From positions 99,825 through 163,824 of the forward strand of contig JBEKIL010000004.1 in NCBI GenBank assembly GCA_050011775.1: DNA of 64,000 nucleotides, read 5' to 3'. The notes under the pieces were generated by a model that had not been told where the DNA came from, made no database searches, and saw nothing but the letters and a program-made list of their open reading frames with translations. The position numbers and the translations under genes are program-made. Of this stretch, positions 10,621 through 19,979 are shown one piece after another (the first letter of the stretch is position 1; each line of letters starts with the position of its first letter). The DNA is from Bacteroidota bacterium (GTDB lineage: Bacteria > Bacteroidota > Ignavibacteria > UBA10030 > CAVZMI01).

Positions 10621-10840
10621 AAAGGTCTGAATGATATCTAATTGTAGATCTTTAAGATCTATTTAAAACAAAAAATCCCAATTTGTCTTTCCGGTAAGAA
10701 AGGGATAGAAAGTAGCACTTTAGATGCTGTCTCTTAAATCGAAGTTTTGGCTATGAGAAAATAATGAATTCTTTTATTACCGATTTAAGACATAAATTGA
10801 AAAGAAAAGTCCACGTGGCATGCACCAACAAACAACACTC

Positions 10841-10960
10841 TGCCCTCTTCCGGATTGACAGGACTTCAACGGTGAGGGCAAAATCGGAATCACTTCTTTT
10901 CTGGCTGAGGAGACAGGTCTATACTCCTGAAGAACAACAGGTGAGAGGCTTATATCTCCC
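10841..10960. ncRNA. Candidate structured non-coding RNA, family not recognised
   Basis: GC-richer patch in an AT-rich intergenic region with three stems: TGCCCTC/GAGGGCA (10841-10880, inner CCG/CGG and TTGA/TCAA), AGGAG/CTCCT (10908-10928), GAGA/TCTC (10943-10958). Confidence 0.25.
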
Positions 10961-10977
10961 ATAGAACCAATCACACT

Positions 10978-11005
10978 ACTAAACCGCAGGCGAAAGATCC
11001 TGCGG
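10978..11005 (-). terminator. Intrinsic terminator after the small ORF
   Basis: CCGCAGG-N8-CCTGCGG (10984-11005), followed by TTTAGT on the minus strand. Confidence 0.6.
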
Positions 11006-11019
11006 CAAAGAAGTACTTC

Positions 11020-11166
11020 TTAACTTGCTTCGAATTCTTCTTCGAAGATCTCATCGAGTGTCGGATATCCAACTGTTGCTTTTTGTTCCTTTTTCATATT
11101 GCTCATTATTAAAGCAACAGGAATAGCAACCGCTGCGATGATCCCCACCAACTTCAAGATTTTCAT
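11020..11166 (-). CDS. Small single-TM protein (48 aa)
   Basis: MKILKLVGIIAAVAIPVALIMSNMKKEQK... with RBS AAAGGGG before ATG 11166. Confidence 0.55.
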   Translation of the reverse strand: MKILKLVGIIAAVAIPVALIMSNMKKEQKATVGYPTLDEIFEEEFEAS

Positions 11167-11249
11167 AACATCCCCTTTCTGAGGAATCCTCCTCAACACT
11201 AAGGTACGAAACCCGCGGGGATGCCACAAGTTAATTCTTATTAATGAAA

Positions 11250-13142
11250 TCACTTTAATCTAAGCTCAATCCCTCCCCGGATCCATCGACCGGGTTGCGG
11301 AACGCCAGGGATCTCCTCGTAGGCGGCATCAAAGACATTCTGCGCCGTGATATACACCCAAACCGGGTTGATTTCCTTCCGCGCACTGATGTCAATGAGG
11401 GTGTAAGACTCTCCCGAGGTACGTTCTTTCCACGTTCCGGAGATCAATGCCTTAATTTTTATCGGGAGGTCCATAACTATCAGGCCTGAAAGGGTATGAC
11501 GCGGATGATTGAGGCTGTATTTGGTCCTGTAACTGCTCCCGCGATCAATTCGCGAGGAGAGGAAAAGATAATTGACATTTACGTTCCGGATGGAGAGCGG
11601 GAATTCATCGTGCGACGATTGGTTCCCGGTCAACCATTCGATACCCAACTCACCTCCACGAGTTTCGGCTCCAGTAAAGTTTACAGCATGGTACTGATCA
11701 CCGTCGAAGAACTGAACATAGTCGATCAGATCCCTCTGGTCTCTAAGAAATATAGCGCTGCTGATCATGAAATTTTGGATGGAAGAATTTCTGATACCGA
11801 GCTCATATGACCATCCGATCTCCGGCGACAGATTTGGATTCCCGACATTTGCCGGATCGTTATAATATAAATCCGTATAACTCGGAGCCCGAAACGATCT
11901 GCCTGCCGATGCAAATATTTTTGTCGTTCCCATAAAAATATATCCGATGCCGATACCGGGCGAGAATTGCCGTCCGTAATCCGAATGCCAATCCTGCCGC
12001 GTTCCGATATCAAAAGAGAAAATGCTGTCGATCAAAGTCTGGAAGGTACTGAATATTGCCTGCGTTGAACGGTGATGATTGCCCAGAGAGGTACTCGTGA
12101 TCCTGTCCCAGTTCCCTTCGACGCCGAGAAGAAGGGATGTGGATTTACTGAAAGTCATCGTGCCAACGATTTCTCCGCCGGCAACATGCGTTGTGTGAGT
12201 ATTCGGAGTGCTACCCGGCATATAAATGAATTCGTCATCATGGCGCCGGTAACGGACTTTTGGCTGAAGAAGCAGCGATCCCGCAGTAATTTCTGTCCCC
12301 AGCGTAATCCAGCCGACGGCTGTTTTTTCCTTCGATGCCGCATTTCGTCCCGGCGAGTAAAAATCAAATGCTCCGAATTTCTTTTTCGTATAGCCGCCGA
12401 GAAGGGTATAATTCCCGATTGGAAAATTCAACTCGTTGTTCGTGGTCATATTCCAGATAGTAAACTCAGTATCATCCCGGAATCCATCCGACTTTCTTAT
12501 TTCAAATGTATTTCGCGTTTTCACTATCGTGTTATTTGTGGTGAATGATGCCGATCCTGTCAGTAATCCGTACTCCCCGCCCCCTAACCGGAGAGTGAGA
12601 CTTTCATCGGTCGGACGTTTTGTAATAATATTAATGACGCCGGCATAAGCATCTGCGCCGTATTGAGCCGATGCGTGACCTTTGACAATCTCGACCCGCT
12701 CGATTTCATCGATTCCGACAGGAACATCGAATGTATGATGACCTGTTTGCGGATCGTTAAGCCGCTGACCGTCAATAAGGATGAGATTCTGACTGAATGT
12801 CGAGCCCCTGATGCTCACATCGGTCTGAACACCGAAGACTCCGCGCGATTGAATCCCGCTAACCGATGAGTAACGCAATATTTCTTCGAGCGAGATAGGC
12901 GGCACTGCACTCATCTCTGAGGGATGGATTATTTCGTATGCTCTGTTGACGGCGGTGGTGATCGTCGGAATACGGGTCGCGGTGATCACCGTCGTGGGGA
13001 GCGTAACAACGGCTTGCTGTGAAAGAGAATCGGATGTCTGGGAATAGATAAGTGTATTATGAAAGTTGAAAAAAAATACAACTAGAAGAAATAATACCAA
13101 TCCTTTTTCAGAAATCCGTCGATCGGTACTGTGCCCCTTCAT
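11250..13142 (-). CDS. TonB-dependent receptor (BtuB-like plug and barrel)
   Basis: TonB-box region VITATRIP, plug motifs SIRGS..ILIDGQRL and IERVEIVKGHASAQYGADAYAGVINIITK, barrel motifs SFRAPSYTDLY and NPNLSPE. Start placed at ATG 13142. Confidence 0.9.
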   Translation of the reverse strand: MKGHSTDRRISEKGLVLFLLVVFFFNFHNTLIYSQTSDSLSQQAVVTLPTTVITATRIPTITTAVNRAYEIIHPSEMSAVPPISLEEILRYSSVSGIQSRGVFGVQTDVSIRGSTFSQNLILIDGQRLNDPQTGHHTFDVPVGIDEIERVEIVKGHASAQYGADAYAGVINIITKRPTDESLTLRLGGGEYGLLTGSASFTTNNTIVKTRNTFEIRKSDGFRDDTEFTIWNMTTNNELNFPIGNYTLLGGYTKKKFGAFDFYSPGRNAASKEKTAVGWITLGTEITAGSLLLQPKVRYRRHDDEFIYMPGSTPNTHTTHVAGGEIVGTMTFSKSTSLLLGVEGNWDRITSTSLGNHHRSTQAIFSTFQTLIDSIFSFDIGTRQDWHSDYGRQFSPGIGIGYIFMGTTKIFASAGRSFRAPSYTDLYYNDPANVGNPNLSPEIGWSYELGIRNSSIQNFMISSAIFLRDQRDLIDYVQFFDGDQYHAVNFTGAETRGGELGIEWLTGNQSSHDEFPLSIRNVNVNYLFLSSRIDRGSSYRTKYSLNHPRHTLSGLIVMDLPIKIKALISGTWKERTSGESYTLIDISARKEINPVWVYITAQNVFDAAYEEIPGVPQPGRWIRGGIELRLK

Positions 13143-13228
13143 AAATAAGTAAAAATTATGATAGGAGCACCGCCAAAAAGGACACAGAGAATCTACAGAG
13201 GACACAGAGTATGAAATTCTTCTCATTA

Positions 13229-13822
13229 TTATTCAAGTGTTAATAATATTTCTTTCATTCGAGCGAGGGCTTTTGAGCGGTGGCTTAGAGAGTTTTTCAT
13301 ATCGGTGCTCATCTCGGCATATGTCTGTGTGTATCCATTCGGGACAAAAATAGGATCGTAGCCGAATCCGTTTCTCCCACGGGAATATTCGATGATCACT
13401 CCTTCGACAATTCCTTCGACACTTCTTTCATATCCCGGCCCGACAAGTGCGAGGACAGTCCGAAACTGTGCTTGACGGCGGCGAGGCGGCACTCCTTTTA
13501 ACACTTTTAAAAGCTTCCGGTTATTATCATCGTAGCTGCACCTTTCTCCGGCGAAGCGCGAGGAATATATACCCGGTTGTTTATTCAGATACAGCACCTC
13601 AAGGCCAGAATCATCGGCAAGCGCCGGTATGCCGGTCGATTGAAAAACGACCCGCGCTTTCTTCAGGGCATTTCCTTCAAGAGTCGGCTGGTCTTCCTCC
13701 ACTTCAGACAGATAAGGGAAATCTTCCAGGCTCTTCACGGCAATTCCGCTTCCAGAAAGCATCGCCTCCAGTTCCTTGATTTTATGGAGATTTCGGGTTG
13801 CAAGGATTATTTGATCGATCAT
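13229..13822 (-). CDS. rdgB: RdgB/HAM1 non-canonical purine NTP pyrophosphatase
   Basis: LATRNLHK, ALADDSGLEV, GFGYDPIF, KNSLSHRSKAL. Confidence 0.95.
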   Translation of the reverse strand: MIDQIILATRNLHKIKELEAMLSGSGIAVKSLEDFPYLSEVEEDQPTLEGNALKKARVVFQSTGIPALADDSGLEVLYLNKQPGIYSSRFAGERCSYDDNNRKLLKVLKGVPPRRRQAQFRTVLALVGPGYERSVEGIVEGVIIEYSRGRNGFGYDPIFVPNGYTQTYAEMSTDMKNSLSHRSKALARMKEILLTLE

Positions 13823-13850
13823 CTGTGCCTTTTATCAATTGAATGTTACA

Positions 13851-13973
13851 CTGTGTCCTCTGCAGACAGAACTATATTAGTTCTCTGTGAACTCTGTGGT
13901 TATTCTTTTTCGTCCATAATTATAACCACGGAGTCCTCAGAGAATTTAGAATTCTTATTAAGAGGACACAGAG
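13851..13973. repeat. REP-like cluster (GGACACAGAG / CTCTGTG family)
   Basis: CTCTGTGGTTAT (13892) pairs with ATAACCACGGAG (13922). GGACACAGAG occurs at 13964, 13180 and 13200; its partial complement CTGTGTCC is at 13851. Confidence 0.55.
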
Positions 13974-13981
13974 TGAAGGGC

Positions 13982-15337
13982 TTAAGAAAGAATTGATTTA
14001 ATTGCTTCTTCCACACTTTCGACAGGAATGATCTCGATTTCGCCGTTCATCTTCATTCCCTTCACATTATTTTTCGGAATGACGATCCGCTTAAATCCTA
14101 GCTTTCCGGCCTCCTGCACACGTTTTTCGATCTGGCTGATGGTGCGGATTTCGCCGCCAAGCCCCACCTCCCCCACCACCACCGATGACGAATCAGTTGG
14201 GATATCCCGAAGACTCGAAACGATCGCAACGGCAATTCCAAGATCGACAGCTGGTTCATCGACTTTGACACCTCCCGCGATATTCACAAAAACGTCGTAA
14301 CTGCCGATATTGAGGCCGACACGCTTTTCGAGCACTGCCAGCAGCAATTGAAGACGTTTTGTATCGAATCCGGCCGATGTCCGCTGGGGCATTCCATAAC
14401 TCGTCGGTGAGACAAGGGCTTGAACTTCCAACAAAATCGGGCGTGTTCCTTCGATACTGGCTACGACAGTAGAGCCTGACACACCATAATTCCGCTCTGC
14501 GAGAAGCACTTCCGATGGGTTTTTTACCTCACGCAGTCCGCTATCGCGCATCTCAAAAATACCGATTTCGTTCGTGGATCCAAATCGATTTTTCATGGAC
14601 CTGAGGATGCGGTATGAATAATGATGTTCTCCTTCAAATTGCAGGACAGTATCGACCATATGCTCGACGACCCGCGGACCGGCAATTACGCCTTCTTTTG
14701 TCACATGGCCGACCAGAAATACCGGGATTTCTTCGGTTTTAGCTATTCGCATGATCATTGCAGTCGATTCACGAACCTGACTGATCGAGCCGGGCGCGCT
14801 TTCGAGCTCCGGCCGGTACATTGTTTGTATCGAATCTATAACAATGAGATTTGGCTTCAATTTTAGTATACACTCCGAAACGACATCGAGATTTGTTTCT
14901 GCAAGCAGTTGGATCGTCTGGACGGATGAAATTTTCAACCGTTCAGCCCGAAGCTTAATCTGTTTTGCCGATTCTTCACCCGTTACATAAAGTACCGTAC
15001 CAGGAATTTTCGCAGCGACTTGCATCATGAGCGTCGATTTCCCTATTCCGGGATCGCCTCCCACCAATATCACAGATCCGCGGACAATTCCTCCGCCCAA
15101 CACGCGGTCGAATTCTTCAAGGCGAGTCAGGATTCTTTTTTCTTCAACGGTATCCACATCACTCAACGGAACCGGTTTCCCCCCGCTGCTTGAGAGACTC
15201 CCCTTTTTACTTTTAGCTTCGTGATGGATTATTTCTTCGACGTACGTATTCCATTCGCCGCACGCGGGACATCGTCCGAGCCAACGAGGTGATGAAGAGC
15301 CGCAAGACTGGCAAACGTATTTCGATTTAGGCTGCAT
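13982..15337 (-). CDS. radA: DNA repair protein RadA/Sms
   Basis: Zn finger CQSC..CPAC, GDPGIGKST, KNRFG motif, Lon-like C-terminal domain. Confidence 0.97.
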   Translation of the reverse strand: MQPKSKYVCQSCGSSSPRWLGRCPACGEWNTYVEEIIHHEAKSKKGSLSSSGGKPVPLSDVDTVEEKRILTRLEEFDRVLGGGIVRGSVILVGGDPGIGKSTLMMQVAAKIPGTVLYVTGEESAKQIKLRAERLKISSVQTIQLLAETNLDVVSECILKLKPNLIVIDSIQTMYRPELESAPGSISQVRESTAMIMRIAKTEEIPVFLVGHVTKEGVIAGPRVVEHMVDTVLQFEGEHHYSYRILRSMKNRFGSTNEIGIFEMRDSGLREVKNPSEVLLAERNYGVSGSTVVASIEGTRPILLEVQALVSPTSYGMPQRTSAGFDTKRLQLLLAVLEKRVGLNIGSYDVFVNIAGGVKVDEPAVDLGIAVAIVSSLRDIPTDSSSVVVGEVGLGGEIRTISQIEKRVQEAGKLGFKRIVIPKNNVKGMKMNGEIEIIPVESVEEAIKSILS

Positions 15338-15507
15338 AGGTGGGATAATATAGGCATAGGGTTATTATGATTCAAGTGGCAAAAGAAAAGGTAGAGGTAA
15401 AAGTAAAGGTAGAGGTAAAGGTAAAGGGATTTTTAAAGAATACTCTTTTTACCTGCCTGTCATAATTGCATTTTCCGATGTAATTCCTTACGTTGAGTCC
15501 ATCAATA

Positions 15508-15593
15508 GCAACGAAGTAGTACTTTAGTGCAACTAAGTAGTCCCGCGAAGCGGGGCAACGAAGTAGTCCCGCGAAGCGGGGCGACGAAGTAGT
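15508..15593 (+). repeat. Four 13-bp direct repeats separated in part by identical 13-bp hairpins
   Basis: GC(A/G)AC(G/T)AAGTAGT at 15508, 15529, 15555 and 15581. Spacers are ACTTTAGT, CCCGCGAAGCGGG and CCCGCGAAGCGGG. Confidence 0.85.
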
Positions 15594-15693
15594 ACCATAA
15601 AAGTGCAATGAATTAAATCGTTGAGACAAAGTACGCTGTTAAGCGAGTTATGTGCTATTGCCCTTCAACCACACTTCGAAAGGATTAAATATC

Positions 15694-18600
15694 ATGCGTG
15701 TACTTCGTTTGATCATGTTTCTATCTTTCATGTTGCTTCTTCAGAGAGAGGCAATTCACGCTCAATGGCAGCAAACAAACGGTCCCTATGGTGGCACCAT
15801 TAGTTGTTTTGCCGTCTCAGGCACGAATCTTTTTGCCGGTACTTATTTCGGCGGCGTCTTTCTTTCTACTGACAACGGTACAAGCTGGAGTGCGGTGAAT
15901 ACCGGTTTGCCGATCATTCGTGTCAATGCTCTTGCTGTTTCCGGCACGAATCTCTTTGCCGGGACTCCAAGCGGCGTCTATCTTTCCACCAACAACGGCA
16001 CAAGCTGGACTGCGGTTAATAACGGCTTGACGTACACTTCTGTCAATGCTCTTGCCGTCTCCGGCACGAATCTCTTTGCCGGGATTTTGGGCGGCGGCGT
16101 CTTTCTTTCCACAAACAACGGCACAAACTGGAGTGCGGTCAATACCGGCTTGACGAATACTAATGTCCAGGCCTTTGCGGTCAGCGGTACGAATCTCTTT
16201 GCCGGGACTAATGGCGGCGGCGTCTTTCTTTCCACCGATAGCGGCACAAGCTGGAAAGCCACAAGCACAGGCTTGCCGTGGAAGACTTCTTATGTCGAGG
16301 CCTTTGCGATCAGCGGTACGAATCTCTTTGCCGGGACTTATGGCGGCGTCTTGCTTTCTACCAACAACGGCACAAGCTGGACTTCAGTCAATATCGGCTT
16401 GACAAATACTTATGTTCATACTCTTGCCGTCTCCGGCACGAATCTCTTTGCCGGAACTGATAGCGGCGTCTTTGTTTCCACCAACAACGGCACAAGCTGG
16501 ACTGCGGTTAATAACGGCTTGACGTACACTTCTGTCAATGCTCTTGCTGTTTCCGGCACGAATCTCTTTGCCGGGACTCCAAGCGGCGTCTTTCTTTCCA
16601 CCAACAACGGCACAAACTGGACTGCGGTTAATTCCGGCTTAACAGGCGCTTATGTCAGTGCCTTTACGGTCATCGGTACGAAACTCTTTGCCGGGACTTC
16701 TGACGGCGTCTTTCTTTCCACGGATAGCGGCACAAGCTGGAGTCCAGTCAATACCGGCTTGACGAGCATTTATGTCCGGGCCCTAGCGGTCATCGGTACG
16801 AATCTCTTTGCCGGGACTAATGCCGGCGTCTTTCTTTCTACCAACAACGGCACAAGCTGGAGTCCAGTCAATAACGGTTTGACGAACGCTTATGTCATCG
16901 CTTTCGCCGTCTTAGGAACGAATCTCTTTGCCGGGGATTATGGCGTCGGCGTCTTTCTTTCCACCGATAGCGGCGCAAGCTGGAGTCCAGTCAACACCGG
17001 CTTGACGAACATTTATGTCCAGGCCTTAGCGGTCATCGGTACAAATCTCTATGCCGGTACCTGGGGCGGCGGCGTCTTCCTTTCCACCAACAACGGCGCA
17101 AGCTGGAGTCCAGTCAATACCGGATTGACGAATGGTAGTGTCGAGGTTCTCGCCGTCTCTCCCGACTCATCGGGAAATCTCTTTGCCGGGACTTATGGCA
17201 GCGGCGTCTTTCTTTCTACCGATAGCGGCACAAGCTGGAGTGCAGCTAATACCGGAATTAAGTACGAAATTGTCAATACTCTTGCCGTCTCCGGTAATAA
17301 TCTCTTTGCCGGGACTTCAAGCGGCGTCTTTCTTTCCACAAACAACAGCACAAGCTGGACTGCGATCAATAACGGCATGGGGACCAGTAGTGTCACTGCT
17401 CTTGCCGCCTCCGGCACGAATCTCTTTGCCGGGGCTTATGGCGGCGGCATATGGAGGAGACCGTTGTCGGAATTTGTCTCTACTCCTCCAACTATTTCAT
17501 CCTTTTCACCAACCTATGGTCCAATCGGCACAACCGTTACTATTACTGGTACTCACTTTAATCAAACCCCAAGCAACGATATTGTCTATTTCGGAGCCAC
17601 AAAAGCGGCTGTCAATTCAGCATCTGCAACATCGCTGATGGTAACGGTGCCAAGCGGTGCAACGTATGCACCGATTACTGTAACCGATTTAGCGACCGGC
17701 TTCACGGTATATTCCTCGAAGCAATTTAATGTCACGTTCCCCGGTGGCGGTTCTATTACAAGTTCATCATTTGCCGATAAGATTGATGATACTACAGGAA
17801 TCTATCCTCATGGTATAACAATTTCCGATATAGATGTAGACGGAAAGCCGGATGTAGTTGTGGTAAATTGGGTTAGTAATACTCTGTCTGTCTTGCGCAA
17901 TACAAGCATAAGTGGAGTAGTGGCATTTGCGACCAAGGTAGATTATGCAACAGAAATCTTTCCTAGTAGCTTAGCTATTGCCGATATCGATGGAGATGGA
18001 AAATCGGATGTAGTAGTAACAAATTATAATAGTAATACAATATCGGTCTTTCGCAACACGAGTACGATGGGGAGTGTATCATTTGCAAGTAAGGTTAATT
18101 ATGCAACCGGAAGCTATCCTATAGGTATAGCTATCGCCGATATCGATGGAAATGGAAAGCCGGATGTAGTTGTAACAAATGGTGAAGATAGTACCATCTC
18201 TGTTTTTCGCAACACGAGTACGATGGGGAGTATATCATTTGCAAGCAGGGTCAATTATAAAACAGGAAGCCGGCCTGTTGATGTGGCTATTACAGATATC
18301 GATGGAGATGAAAAGCCAGATATAGCAGTAATAAATGAATTTGATAATACTCTCTCTATCTTTCTCAACACGAGCACAAGCGGAAGTATATCACTGGCAA
18401 GTAAGGTTGATTATACAACAGGAAGTGATCCCCTTGGTATAGCGATTGGTGATATTGATGGAGATGGAAAACATGATGTAGTTGTGACAAATTTTGGTAG
18501 TAATACCATTTCTGTCTTTCGCAACACGAGCACAAGCGGGAGTGTATCACTGGCAAGCAAGATAGATTATACAGCGGGAAATGCTCCTTATGGTATAGCT

Positions 18601-19146
18601 ACTACCGATATCGATGGAGATGGTAAGCCGGATATAGTTGTGACAAATTTTGGTGGTAATACCGTATCTGTCCTTCGTAACACCAGCACAAGCGGGAGTG
18701 TATCATTGGCTAGTAAAGTTGATTATACAACAGGAAACAGTCCAATTGATATAGCTATCACCGATATCAACGGAGATGGTAAACCTGATCTTGTAACTGC
18801 AAATTATGGTAGTAATATTATTTCTCTGCTTCGAAATACGGTGGGTACTGTTGGCGTAGAAAGTGATGGCCAGACTCTTCCGACACATTTCTCTCTGATG
18901 CAGAATTACCCCAATCCATTCAACCCGACCACAACGATCAATTATCAGCTTCCATCGCGGAGCCACGTGACGCTGAAGGTGTTCGACATACTGGGCCGGG
19001 ATGTGGCGACGCTCGTGGCTGAGGAGAAAGCGCCGGGTAGGTATACAGCGACGTGGAATGCGGCGGACTTAGCAGGTGGGGTGTACTTCTACAAGATGAG
19101 CGCCGGCTCATTCAGTGAGACCAAAAAACTTATTTTACTGAGATAA
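15694..19146 (+). CDS. T9SS-secreted repeat protein: BNR/beta-propeller repeats, IPT/TIG, FG-GAP/VCBS repeats, T9SS C-terminal domain
   Basis: Signal peptide MRVLRLIMF..AIHAQ; about 14 ~41-aa repeats NLFAGT..GVFLSTNNGTSW; about 7 DIDGDGKPDVVVTN repeats; C-terminal NYPNPFNPTT..KKLILLR. Start placed at ATG 15694. Confidence 0.88.
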   Translation: MRVLRLIMFLSFMLLLQREAIHAQWQQTNGPYGGTISCFAVSGTNLFAGTYFGGVFLSTDNGTSWSAVNTGLPIIRVNALAVSGTNLFAGTPSGVYLSTNNGTSWTAVNNGLTYTSVNALAVSGTNLFAGILGGGVFLSTNNGTNWSAVNTGLTNTNVQAFAVSGTNLFAGTNGGGVFLSTDSGTSWKATSTGLPWKTSYVEAFAISGTNLFAGTYGGVLLSTNNGTSWTSVNIGLTNTYVHTLAVSGTNLFAGTDSGVFVSTNNGTSWTAVNNGLTYTSVNALAVSGTNLFAGTPSGVFLSTNNGTNWTAVNSGLTGAYVSAFTVIGTKLFAGTSDGVFLSTDSGTSWSPVNTGLTSIYVRALAVIGTNLFAGTNAGVFLSTNNGTSWSPVNNGLTNAYVIAFAVLGTNLFAGDYGVGVFLSTDSGASWSPVNTGLTNIYVQALAVIGTNLYAGTWGGGVFLSTNNGASWSPVNTGLTNGSVEVLAVSPDSSGNLFAGTYGSGVFLSTDSGTSWSAANTGIKYEIVNTLAVSGNNLFAGTSSGVFLSTNNSTSWTAINNGMGTSSVTALAASGTNLFAGAYGGGIWRRPLSEFVSTPPTISSFSPTYGPIGTTVTITGTHFNQTPSNDIVYFGATKAAVNSASATSLMVTVPSGATYAPITVTDLATGFTVYSSKQFNVTFPGGGSITSSSFADKIDDTTGIYPHGITISDIDVDGKPDVVVVNWVSNTLSVLRNTSISGVVAFATKVDYATEIFPSSLAIADIDGDGKSDVVVTNYNSNTISVFRNTSTMGSVSFASKVNYATGSYPIGIAIADIDGNGKPDVVVTNGEDSTISVFRNTSTMGSISFASRVNYKTGSRPVDVAITDIDGDEKPDIAVINEFDNTLSIFLNTSTSGSISLASKVDYTTGSDPLGIAIGDIDGDGKHDVVVTNFGSNTISVFRNTSTSGSVSLASKIDYTAGNAPYGIATTDIDGDGKPDIVVTNFGGNTVSVLRNTSTSGSVSLASKVDYTTGNSPIDIAITDINGDGKPDLVTANYGSNIISLLRNTVGTVGVESDGQTLPTHFSLMQNYPNPFNPTTTINYQLPSRSHVTLKVFDILGRDVATLVAEEKAPGRYTATWNAADLAGGVYFYKMSAGSFSETKKLILLR

Positions 19147-19255
19147 CGGGCCCGTAGACGGGACTGCGCCGGCGACCTGTCCGCCGGAGTGAAACGAAGG
19201 CGGAAGCGAAACGCAGGCGAAAATCCCGCAAGTTGGGACGCAGGTGAGCAACTGC

Positions 19256-19355
19256 ACACAAAAGCGGGCACTATGACATGAAGAACATTCAACCCCACCC
19301 GTCAATTAATAAAGTATAGTCGGGCGGGATTGCGTAGTGCCCGCATATGTTACTT
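19256..19355 (+). other. Degenerate attC-like site
   Basis: GCGGGCACTATG (19264) pairs with CGTAGTGCCCGC (19333), followed by ATAT-GTTACTT. Same family as the site at 40230; the left core is decayed (ACACAAA). Confidence 0.65.
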
Positions 19356-19779
19356 AAAATGTTTAAGGAAAAGAGAGCCATAAAAAGCGATACCAAAAAT
19401 AAATATTCAAACAAAATTATGAATGTATGCAAATTGGAATGAAATCAGTGCTGTCCAAAATAGATTATTATAAGTTGATAATCACTTCAAATATGTTGCT
19501 TAAGGTATAAGTATTTCGATTTATAAATTGGAGCCATAGAACAAAAATGGCCATTTCCATAATAATTAATTCCTTGATGACAAAATCGCTGGCGTGTAGC
19601 GGGAAGAAGGGAGGCCGTGTGTTGGCGCAATTTCGTGTGTTTCGATCGAGACTTATAAAAGCTATCGACTGAATATTCCTTAGATTAAAGGCCGAGATCG
19701 ACGGACTCGAATGTGCCATCACAACAGCGCGTGCTGGAGGCCATCTCACGTGGGTTGCGATTTTGTCAGGCTTTCTTTC

Positions 19780-19809
19780 TGTCCCTTTCTTTCCAGAAAG
19801 AAAGGGACA
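19780..19809. terminator. Perfect 13-bp hairpin, possible bidirectional terminator
   Basis: TGTCCCTTTCTTT-CCAG-AAAGAAAGGGACA. Confidence 0.5.
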
Positions 19810-19841
19810 AAATACTATAGCTCTTTCTGCAATTTATTTTG

Positions 19842-19956
19842 GACAAGTCTGGAATGAAATAATTTATAAGAAGAATTTTCACAGGAAAAGAAGATTGTAA
19901 AAAACATACCAAATTTGCCGACCACCGGACCTTGCATTTTCTCCAGTACTTCCTTA
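19842..19956. repeat. 115-bp dispersed repeat, copy 1 (copy 2 at 25933-26047)
   Basis: Ungapped hand alignment gives 96/115 identical. Confidence 0.85.
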
Positions 19957-19979
19957 CGTCGTGGTTTTTTAATAAGAGC

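Noticed and set aside
10453-10800. SAM or cobalamin riboswitch directly upstream of metH
   Set aside because: AT-rich leader without the conserved S-box or B12-box motifs.
10850-10880. tRNA-Sec (GGACTTCAA) or SRP RNA (TCCGGAAG) look-alike
   Set aside because: No cloverleaf or anticodon stem, and the SRP helix-8 symmetric loop is not matched.
15508-15593. CRISPR mini-array
   Set aside because: Repeats are only 13 bp, two spacers are identical 13-bp hairpins, and there are no cas genes.
15820-17450. Regularly spaced DNA repeats resembling CRISPR
   Set aside because: They are in-frame coding repeats of a beta-propeller protein.
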